Shown here one piece after another: positions 1-4,749 of a DNA stretch of 4,749 bases. The DNA is from a virus. Its lineage: Duplodnaviria > Heunggongvirae > Uroviricota > Caudoviricetes. The first letter of the stretch is position 1. Each line of letters opens with the position of its first letter. Both the position numbers and the translations under genes were made by a program. Where the stretch lies: IMG/VR virus record IMGVR_UViG_2778261344_000014; one strand, written 5' to 3'. The notes beneath the pieces are model-generated. The model ran no database searches, was not told the origin of the DNA, and saw only the letters and a program-made list of their open reading frames with translations.

Positions 1-22
1 AAAAACGAGTATTTTTAGTCAT
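1..22 (-). CDS. Possible 5' end of a minus-strand gene continuing beyond the window (ATG at 22-20, reads M-T-K-N-T-R-F...)
   Basis: ATG at 22-20 lies 5 nt past the stop of the 28..222 ORF in a different frame, with GAGG (31-34, minus strand) 8 nt upstream. Only 7 codons are visible. Confidence 0.25.
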
Positions 23-27
23 CCTGT

Positions 28-222
28 TTACCTCTTTCTCAGGGAGTTTAGTCTCCAGGATTTCCGGGGCGGTTCAATAAATCGAGATTTATTTTCATGG
101 TGATTCTGCTGTATACGGATTGCTTCTGTTCCGTAAAGGCGGGCGAGTAACTCAGTTGTGATTACAGGAATCTGGTTATAAGTGACAGGGGAAAGGTTTT
201 TGACAGTAACTTGAGTCGTCAT
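28..222 (-). CDS. Small 64-aa protein with an ORF6N/antirepressor-N-like motif (hypothetical)
   Basis: Complete ORF with ATG at 222-220 and SD-like AGAGGG (229-234, minus strand) about 6 nt upstream. The segment YNQIPVITTELLARLYGTEAIRIQQNHHENKSRF matches the ORF6N/Ant N-terminal pattern (..V..LD.DLA.LYGV.T..LNQAV.RN..RF) from memory. The ORF is shorter than a typical ORF6N domain and may be truncated. Confidence 0.5.
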   Translation of the reverse strand: MTTQVTVKNLSPVTYNQIPVITTELLARLYGTEAIRIQQNHHENKSRFIEPPRKSWRLNSLRKR

Positions 223-243
223 GATAACGCCCTCTGGTTGATG

Positions 244-273
244 AATTTAACTATCACCACCTTCAGGTCTCAA
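244..273 (-). promoter_or_regulatory. Putative sigma70 promoter for the 28..222 gene
   Basis: Minus-strand reading gives -35 TTGAGA (273-268), a 17-18 bp spacer, and -10 TTAAAT/TAAATT (250-244), then SD AGAGGG and ATG at 222. It lies downstream of the minus-strand terminator at 384-408. Confidence 0.3.
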
Positions 274-383
274 TCATCAGGTGGCGAGACGTACAGGGTT
301 GAGACTACCGGATCAACCAACCGGCCAGCCTTTCGGCTGCCCCATACGCCTCACCATAATTCAGATGTGCGTGCGCATACGAC

Positions 384-408
384 AATAAAAAACACGCTCG
401 CGGCGTGT
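384..408 (-). terminator. Rho-independent terminator on the minus strand
   Basis: Minus-strand RNA reads ACACGC-cgcga-GCGUGU (6-bp stem, 5-nt loop; 408-392) followed by UUUUUAUU (391-384). It sits in a ~350-bp stretch with no minus-strand ORF, between the leftward operon (ending 574) and the 28..222 gene. Confidence 0.5.
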
Positions 409-573
409 GTCTGTCGCGGTTGAATATCCGGGGTCTCAATCCCGACGGTCAACTCGACCGTGCGGTGAATATAGCCCCGGATTAGTAATTACGTCAACCC
501 CAGCGGCAAATCGAATAAACCACCAGCGCTACCGCCATTGCAACTCCTGCCGTTACGAATGCCTCAGGCCAGG

Positions 574-759
574 TCATCGTAAACTATCCTCAGCGCCAAT
601 CAGTCCGTTTCGCTTCAGGCAGTCCATCGCTTTATACGGTAATTTGGCTGACAGGCGAAAATCACCCTGCAGCATCAGGCTTATTCCCTTATCCCGGGCT
701 TTCGCTCTGACCGCTGCCTCGCTACGACCAATCAGACTGCCGATACTTTCGACAGTCAT
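574..759 (-). CDS. Small 61-aa hypothetical protein with a possible HTH motif
   Basis: Internal ATG at 759-757 of the 574..909 ORF was chosen because the longer form overlaps the upstream gene by 90 nt. The segment SIGSLIGRSEAAVRAKARDKGIS fits a generic helix-turn-helix pattern. The SD is weak (GGGAA), so this call is uncertain. Confidence 0.35.
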   Translation of the reverse strand: MTVESIGSLIGRSEAAVRAKARDKGISLMLQGDFRLSAKLPYKAMDCLKRNGLIGAEDSLR

Positions 760-818
760 CGTTCCCGCGCACTGCCGGAGTATCAGAATTTCAGCCCGGC
801 ACCACGTCTTCCACCCAC

Positions 819-1580
819 TCACCGCTGCTGTTCTCTGGTGGCGGTAATATCCCGGAGAATATCCCGGCACTTGTTCAGCTCCCGCAGCGCGGCGCAGACT
901 CGCTCCCACTTCTGAACCTGACCTTTTGCCCGGCGCAGCTCGCGGTTAGCCACATGCAGCGATGGTAAAATCAGACCATCCGGATGCTTTCTGGTGAACG
1001 ACGGCTGTGACTGCACTGTGACCGCCACACTTTCCGTTTTTATTTCTTCCTGTGTTTCCGCTTCCCGGACTGGTAACGCAACACATGCTGGCTGAGGAAA
1101 GGCCTTACCATCATTTTCCGTTACCAGCGCGGCTTTCGGCTCTGCTGGTAAATTATCGCCCGGCATGCAGTAACGAAATCTACCGTTCTGATTAACGCGT
1201 GCCAGCCGCCCCGTTGCGGTTACCACCGCCAGCGTGGAAGCAACCTTGCGAGTACTGACACTGAACTTACCCGCTATTTCTTCACAGGTTTTAGCCCCCT
1301 CCTGAGCGATAAACTCAATCATCATGTTAGCGCTAACTTTTGGAGCGACCTCTTCGGTCAGCATATCCTGTGTTTCAGATTTTACTGGCCGCTCTTCGGT
1401 TACCCGGGATTCACCTTCGACAGCCAGAAACCAGGTGTGACCCGTTTTATCAACAACGCCATTTTTTTTGAGCTCCCACAGTTCGTTGAGAACTTCTTCA
1501 CGGCTGATATCAATTCGTGCCGCCAGTTCAACAGAATTGGCTTTACCCATCGCTTTCAGTGCATGCAATACGGTTTCCAT
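819..1580 (-). CDS. 253-aa protein with two tandem FaeA/PapI-like winged-helix domains, an acidic linker and a basic C-terminal helix (function unknown)
   Basis: ATG at 1580-1578 is preceded by a strong SD GGAGGAAG (1593-1586, minus strand) and lies 34 nt after the P-like stop. Residues 1-50 (METVLHALKAMGKANSVELAARIDISREEVLNELWELKKNGVV) and ~100-145 (MMIEFIAQEGAKTCEEIAGKFSVSTRKVASTLAVVTATGRLARV) both fit the FaeA/PapI winged-helix pattern. The ORF-track start at 1646 has no SD and overlaps the P-like gene. Confidence 0.7.
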   Translation of the reverse strand: METVLHALKAMGKANSVELAARIDISREEVLNELWELKKNGVVDKTGHTWFLAVEGESRVTEERPVKSETQDMLTEEVAPKVSANMMIEFIAQEGAKTCEEIAGKFSVSTRKVASTLAVVTATGRLARVNQNGRFRYCMPGDNLPAEPKAALVTENDGKAFPQPACVALPVREAETQEEIKTESVAVTVQSQPSFTRKHPDGLILPSLHVANRELRRAKGQVQKWERVCAALRELNKCRDILRDITATREQQR

Positions 1581-1614
1581 TAAAACTTCCTCCGGATAAA
1601 AATTACTTCTCAAA

Positions 1615-2280
1615 TCAGACAAAACCAGCCGCTTTCCGGCGTTCATACTCCTGTTTCAGCAACTCAATTGGCGTTGGTCCCAACGGGCGTTTTGGTGCCG
1701 CCAGTTGTCGCCGTACTGGCGGAACGCTCAGGCCGTTACTAACATGCTTTGCCCATTTCGTCAGCTGCCGTTCTGCAAGCCGTTTTAATTCCCCTTCGGT
1801 CATCTGGCGTTCAATCCCCTTTGAACGCATCTCGAGGCAAATGTGATACAGCACAGGCTGAGGCCACGGATATTTGTCGCTTCCGTTATATCGCCAGGAC
1901 TCATTACGCCAGCGGCGATACTCCTCCATCACAGCATCCACCGTCAGGCCAAATGGATTGGCCCCGCTTTCCGAAATCAGCGCCACAAACTCAGCCAGGT
2001 CCGGAGGCCATGTTTCACCCGCCCGGCAGCGGTCCATGCACTGGCGGCAGACCTGCCGGATTTGCTGCTCAGTCATCGCGCCAATCTGTGCAATCCAGAG
2101 CTTCGAAGGTGCGGCCCCGTTCTTCTGGGTCCAGCGGTTCGAATAAACCTCCCCCATGAGTTCCCACAGCTTCCAGGCCGTTTCCGTCGCTGATAAATCC
2201 GTTTTCACGTTCCCACTGCTCACGTGCTGCCCGAATTTCCTGAACTGCCCGTGATGCGGTGCCACCTGGTGCTGCTGCAT
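1615..2280 (-). CDS. Replication protein P-like DnaB helicase loader
   Basis: The 221-aa ORF has ATG at 2280-2278 with a strong SD AAGGGGG (2293-2287, minus strand). Its C-terminal half (DLAEFVALISE..., YPWPQPVLY, ELKRLAERQL, PPVRRQL, LKQEYERRKAAGFV) parallels lambda P as recalled (FVAWCREE..., YPWKSNAHY, AELRRKAADEL, PEPVKQLP, KIAEIKAKFGL). Alternative starts are at 2157 and at 2076, the latter in an ATGACTGA overlap with the initiator stop. Confidence 0.6.
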   Translation of the reverse strand: MQQHQVAPHHGQFRKFGQHVSSGNVKTDLSATETAWKLWELMGEVYSNRWTQKNGAAPSKLWIAQIGAMTEQQIRQVCRQCMDRCRAGETWPPDLAEFVALISESGANPFGLTVDAVMEEYRRWRNESWRYNGSDKYPWPQPVLYHICLEMRSKGIERQMTEGELKRLAERQLTKWAKHVSNGLSVPPVRRQLAAPKRPLGPTPIELLKQEYERRKAAGFV

Positions 2281-3109
2281 GGTTTACCCCCTTGCTGACT
2301 GGTTTAACCTGCGCCCTGACGTGATTTACGTGACGGGCGAATTTCTGCTCCCACTGAATCTGCGTAAACACTTTCCCCTCCGCTGCCCAGTAGTCCCGGA
2401 ATGCGGTAAGTTCAGCAGGTGTAAATTCTGTCTCCGGCAAAGCCATCCCCCACAACGCAGCCCGTCGTCGAAAATCCCGTGACGGATACCAGCTATCGGT
2501 CATCGGAAATTTTCCGATGGGTTCGCTCAGGCCATCCAGGAATACATGGGGGGCTGCCTGTAACGACAAAACTTCCTGCTCACTGATCGGAGCACTCTCG
2601 CGTGCGTTATGTGTGGGGTTTAGATCTTTGGGTTCCTTTGGGTTCCGTGATCCGTTTTTGGGTGTCTTTGATGGAAAATTTGGGTGTCTTTGGTTATTTT
2701 CCATGCAACAAAGAGTTCCGTTTTTGGGGCTCTTTTGTGCTGAAACATAACCGTTTTCGGTACTGTTTTTATTAACAGCACCAATTTTACCCACCTTTAA
2801 AGACACCCGTTTTTGGGTGTATTCAGGCTCGGCAACACTTTCTTCTACACCGATAAGTCGGTACACCACAATTTGCTTTGTTCTGCCTTTTCTCTCACCG
2901 GTATCAACAATTAACCCAATCTCCATCAGGTGTCGTAAGCTGTCCTGCACAGTCTTTTTGTTCAGTTCCGTTACTTCTGCCAGTGCAGATACAGACGGGT
3001 ATGCACACAAATCGGCACCGCACATATCAGCAAGCCAGGTCAATACAGACTTACTGGATGAACTGCCGGTTTTCACCTTTTTAGCCCATCGTAGTGCATC
3101 GATACTCAT
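2069..3109 (-). CDS. Phage replication initiator (lambda O analogue): N-terminal HTH domain plus C-terminal DnaT-like domain
   Basis: ATG at 3109-3107 with SD AGGGG (3119-3115, minus strand) gives 346 aa. The N-terminus MSIDALRWAKKVKTGSSSSKSVLTWLADM...LNKKTVQDSLRHLMEIGLI is HTH_36-like. The C-terminal region WYPSRDF...ELTAFRDYWAAEGKVFTQIQWEQKFARHV resembles the DnaT-type DNA-binding domain of phage initiators. The central linker is low-complexity and encodes the iterons. Gene order is initiator then helicase loader. Confidence 0.75.
   Translation of the reverse strand: MSIDALRWAKKVKTGSSSSKSVLTWLADMCGADLCAYPSVSALAEVTELNKKTVQDSLRHLMEIGLIVDTGERKGRTKQIVVYRLIGVEESVAEPEYTQKRVSLKVGKIGAVNKNSTENGYVSAQKSPKNGTLCCMENNQRHPNFPSKTPKNGSRNPKEPKDLNPTHNARESAPISEQEVLSLQAAPHVFLDGLSEPIGKFPMTDSWYPSRDFRRRAALWGMALPETEFTPAELTAFRDYWAAEGKVFTQIQWEQKFARHVNHVRAQVKPVSKGVNHAAAPGGTASRAVQEIRAAREQWERENGFISDGNGLEAVGTHGGGLFEPLDPEERGRTFEALDCTDWRDD
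2626..2824. repeat. Iteron array, candidate origin of replication inside the initiator gene
   Basis: A ~19-bp element CCGTTTTTGGGTGTCTTTG recurs at 2652-2670, 2679-2693, 2718-2736 and 2806-2820. The last copy is preceded by its inverted half AAAGACACCC (2799-2808), giving dyad symmetry. There is a degenerate copy at 2751-2770 and a tandem TTTGGGTTCC x2 at 2627-2646. The array falls in initiator codons ~96-161, as lambda ori does in O. Confidence 0.6.
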
Positions 3110-3632
3110 ACGAACCCCTGGCAGATATTTGTTTATCTGCAAAGTAATATTGATACTGCTGACGATACGCATGCTTGAAAGCAATAGCTTTTTCTATAAG
3201 CTCGTCAGTCTCACGTTCCACAACAGATGGATCCGCAAAAAGCAGTCCGGACTCCACCACATCGCCATATTCTTTGTTTAACCCGGCGATCATGTACGTG
3301 ATGCTTTTTCCGTCACTAATTTCACGATACAACCTGAAATCATTAATCCGGATAGCCTCCATAATTGCAGGCACTAGCGCCGTGAACTTTTCACGCTTAT
3401 CCCTGGTGTCGATAGCCTTCCAGCGTTCGAATATCTTCACTCGATTAACGCCAAGCGCTCGCTGATCAACCGCGCCACCTTCATCTGTGACACGCTGAAC
3501 ATCGATGTTCGGGCGCTCTTTCAAAACCCAGAATGCTTCAGTGATTAATATCGTCGCCTGCTCCTGTGTCATTCCTGGTCGACATATCCAGGCATCCAGA
3601 GCCTCACGAGCCTGTTCAGGAGTGATTTTCAT
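3081..3632 (-). CDS. 183-aa hypothetical protein in the cII/YdaT position, possibly a YdaT-like regulator
   Basis: ATG at 3632-3630 overlaps the last codons of the Cro-like gene by 17 nt, and the stop overlaps the initiator start by 29 nt, so the three genes are translationally coupled. The segment KIFERWKAIDTRDKREKFTALVPAIMEAI resembles the YdaT-family motif as I recall it; that recall is not verified. Confidence 0.65.
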   Translation of the reverse strand: MKITPEQAREALDAWICRPGMTQEQATILITEAFWVLKERPNIDVQRVTDEGGAVDQRALGVNRVKIFERWKAIDTRDKREKFTALVPAIMEAIRINDFRLYREISDGKSITYMIAGLNKEYGDVVESGLLFADPSVVERETDELIEKAIAFKHAYRQQYQYYFADKQISARGSYEYRCTTMG

Positions 3633-3843
3633 TGTTCAACCGCCCCGCCCGCTTTGCCTTACGATATTCGTCATAAACTTTGGGGTCGTACTGAAGTTCC
3701 CCGCCGGATGCCTCTTGCAGGCGCATCGCGCGACCTTCAGGAACTAGCTCTTGCCATTGAGAAACAGCAGATGGGTCAACGCCAGCAGCTTTCGCTACTT
3801 TGGCTTTCGTACCGTAAAAATTAATTACGTCTGATTTAAACAT
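3616..3843 (-). CDS. dicC: Cro-like HTH regulator of the DicC/YdaS family
   Basis: ATG at 3843-3841 with SD GGAGGTG (3853-3847, minus strand) gives 75 aa; E. coli DicC is 76 aa. The motif AKAAGVDPSAVSQWQELVPEGRAMRLQEASGGEL is YdaS/Cro-like. It is transcribed divergently from the dicA-like repressor. The ORF-track start at 3870 would leave no room for promoters. Confidence 0.7.
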   Translation of the reverse strand: MFKSDVINFYGTKAKVAKAAGVDPSAVSQWQELVPEGRAMRLQEASGGELQYDPKVYDEYRKAKRAGRLNNENHS

Positions 3844-3920
3844 CGCACCTCCAATATTGAGTTTTCTCAATGCTAATCACTCAAGGAATCTCAAGTCAAG
3901 GGTTATTAAGATATCTAAAT
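3844..3920. promoter_or_regulatory. Divergent promoter/operator region between the dicC-like and dicA-like genes
   Basis: A perfect palindrome TTGAGttttCTCAA (3857-3870) overlaps the predicted leftward promoter (-35 TTGACT at 3899-3894, 18-bp spacer, -10 TAGCAT at 3875-3870, minus strand). Direct repeats CTCAAG occur at 3880-3885 and 3890-3895, and TCAAGG at 3896-3901. The rightward promoter is not confidently placed. Confidence 0.6.
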
Positions 3921-4328
3921 ATGAACGAGAAAACTTTAGGTCAACGCATTAGAGAAAGACGTAAGCAGGTAGGCTTAAGTCAAAACGGTTTAAGCAAAGC
4001 TGCTGGCGTATCTGGCTCATCAATTTCATTATGGGAAAGTGACCATACAGCCCCGCGCGGGCAAAATTTGCATCGCCTCGCCGAGGTATTGCAATGTTCA
4101 CCAACCTGGATACTGTTTGGCGACGAGGACAAAACACCAGCTCCCCCTGTTTCACTCGATAGTACCCTAGACTTATCGGAAGATGAGTTAGAGATGCTGC
4201 GTTTGTATCGCGCACTTCCTAAATCAGAGCAACAAGCACAACTCAGCGAACTCCGCGCCCGCGTTGAGAATTTTAATCGCCTGTTCACCGAGCTATTAGA
4301 GGCTCGCAAACGCAACAAGCATCAATAA
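3921..4328 (+). CDS. dicA: DicA-like HTH (XRE family) prophage repressor, the cI analogue
   Basis: Starting at the internal ATG 3921 gives 135 aa, the length of E. coli DicA. The N-terminal HTH is LGQRIRERRKQVGLSQNGLSKAAGVSGSSISLWE. The segment LQCSPTWILFGDEDK and the C-terminal ...RARVENFNRLFTELLEARKRNKHQ match my recollection of DicA. It is divergent from a Cro-like gene and followed by a ydfA-like gene. No SD precedes 3921, so the mRNA may be leaderless. Confidence 0.85.
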   Translation: MNEKTLGQRIRERRKQVGLSQNGLSKAAGVSGSSISLWESDHTAPRGQNLHRLAEVLQCSPTWILFGDEDKTPAPPVSLDSTLDLSEDELEMLRLYRALPKSEQQAQLSELRARVENFNRLFTELLEARKRNKHQ

Positions 4329-4385
4329 TCATCCCTTCACAAAATTTTAAAGCCTTACATTTCAATGTATTGGCTTTATCTTGCG

Positions 4386-4444
4386 CCAATACTTGAGTTT
4401 TCTCATCAAAAAACCTTGACGAAAAATAATGAGAAAACTAAATT
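4386..4444 (+). promoter_or_regulatory. Operator-like motif plus putative promoter of the ydfA/dicB-type operon
   Basis: CCAATAcTTGAGTTTTCTCA (4386-4405) matches the intergenic operator region 3851-3869 at 19/20 with a 1-nt indel. An inverted partial copy TGAGAAAAC lies at 4430-4438. Candidate -35 TTGACG (4416-4421), 17-bp spacer, -10 TAAATT (4439-4444). Confidence 0.45.
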
Positions 4445-4520
4445 ATCTCCATCAACACACCGCACGGTGTTCTCCGCAAACAGTTCCGCTACCCCGGCGT
4501 TAAGGGGAAATGAGGTCAAC

Positions 4521-4673
4521 ATGGATACGCTCAATCTTGGCAACAACGAATCTCTGGTATGCGGAGTATTCTCCAACCTGGACGGCACGTTTACCGCGAT
4601 GACGTATACCAGAAGCAAAACGTTTAAAACGGAAGCTGGCGCGCGTCGCTGGTTAGCAAGAAACTCTGACTGA
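4521..4673 (+). CDS. ydfA: YdfA-like small protein (50 aa), first gene of the dicB-type operon
   Basis: Internal ATG at 4521 with GAGG at 4513-4516 gives MDTLNLGNNESLVCGVFSNLDGTFTAMTYTRSKTFKTEAGARRWLARNSD. Size and position downstream of dicA match E. coli ydfA as recalled. The 102-aa ORF-track form would include the operator and promoter and is rejected. Confidence 0.6.
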   Translation: MDTLNLGNNESLVCGVFSNLDGTFTAMTYTRSKTFKTEAGARRWLARNSD

Positions 4674-4684
4674 TGAGGTTGACG

Positions 4685-4749
4685 ATGGAATTTAAAGATT
4701 TACCTCCTTCAATCCAGGAGATTGCAGCACACACACTTCGTCATCGTCT
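4685..4749 (+). CDS. 5' end of the next small gene in the operon (possibly ydfB-like), truncated by the window edge
   Basis: ATG at 4685 with GAGG at 4675-4678 and a 6-nt spacer, 11 nt after the ydfA-like stop. It reads MEFKDLPPSIQEIAAHTLRHR... with no stop before the window ends. Confidence 0.45.
   Translation, partial: MEFKDLPPSIQEIAAHTLRHR

Noticed and set aside
266-440. 9-mer GGTCTCAAT at 266-274 and 432-440, and TCTCAAT shared with the operator palindrome
   Set aside because: Exact 9-mer pairs are expected by chance many times in a window this size, and there is no supporting symmetry or positional logic.
211-847. Plus-strand ORFs 211..423 (70 aa) and 407..847 (146 aa)
   Set aside because: The first begins at TTG with no SD, and both are Arg/Pro/Ser-rich. 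They run across the terminator and structured region and antisense to the 574..759 gene, so they are more likely non-coding.
1749-2193. Three overlapping plus-strand ORFs (1749..2159, 1843..2193, 1874..2146), 90-136 aa
   Set aside because: They are antisense to the P-like gene, have Arg/Ser/Pro-rich low-complexity translations and no SD. They are typical shadow ORFs of a coding region on the opposite strand.
2626-2824. Possible CRISPR array suggested by the short repeats
   Set aside because: The repeats are irregularly spaced, partly degenerate, lack unique spacers of uniform length, and lie inside a protein-coding gene. They fit origin iterons, not CRISPR.
3110-3184. Longer initiator form starting at 3184 or 3172
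   Set aside because: There is no SD, and it overlaps the upstream gene by about 100 nt. The ATG at 3109 has AGGGG 5 nt upstream and begins the conserved MSIDALRWA N-terminus.
2279-3281. Plus-strand ORFs 2279..2482, 2517..2750, 2817..3281 and 2878..3084
   Set aside because: They are antisense to the initiator gene, and the 2517..2750 ORF merely translates the iteron repeats. There are no ribosome-binding sites and the composition is atypical.
3175-3747. Plus-strand ORFs 3175..3465 and 3505..3747
   Set aside because: They are antisense shadows of the 183-aa and Cro-like genes, Ser/Ile-rich with no start context.
3870-3920. Longer 152-aa form of the repressor starting at ATG 3870
   Set aside because: It would leave only 26 bp between the divergent starts and run through the operator palindrome. 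The internal start at 3921 gives the DicA-like 135-aa length.
3949-4318. Minus-strand ORFs 3949..4215 and 3980..4318
   Set aside because: They are antisense to the well-supported dicA-like repressor gene. The sense frame has a clear HTH and DicA-like length.
4365-4520. Longer 102-aa form of the ydfA-like ORF starting at 4365
   Set aside because: The extension would cover the operator-like repeat and predicted promoter, and its translation is low-complexity. The internal ATG at 4521 has a GAGG upstream and gives the expected ~50-aa size.
4406-4618. Minus-strand ORF 4406..4618 (70 aa)
   Set aside because: It is antisense to the ydfA-like gene and its promoter region, with no start context.
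1-4749. Lambda-type nut sites (boxA CGCTCTTA plus boxB hairpin), DnaA boxes, tRNA/att sites, IS elements
   Set aside because: None was recognizable by eye on either strand. This was not an exhaustive computational scan, so absence is provisional.

Overview
This window looks like the immunity and replication core of a lambdoid (Qin/DicA-type) prophage from an enterobacterium, read by eye with no searches run. A divergent repressor pair sits at 3616-4328: a 135-aa DicA-like HTH repressor on the + strand and a 75-aa DicC/Cro-like protein on the - strand, separated by a 77-bp promoter/operator region. Leftward from the Cro-like gene runs a tightly packed operon: a 183-aa protein in the cII/YdaT position, a 346-aa replication initiator (N-terminal HTH, C-terminal DnaT-like domain) with an origin-like iteron array inside its own coding sequence, a lambda-P-like helicase loader, a 253-aa protein with two FaeA/PapI-like winged-helix domains, and a small HTH-like ORF. 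A minus-strand intrinsic terminator follows, then a separately promoted 64-aa gene with an antirepressor-N-like motif. Rightward from dicA are a YdfA-like small protein and the first codons of a further gene (dicB-type operon). Nothing here resembles a classical defence system or CRISPR array. The least understood parts are the 183-aa cII-position protein, the tandem winged-helix protein, the long initiator/P overlap and the structured non-coding block at 384-482. All family assignments are from recalled motifs and gene order and need database confirmation.
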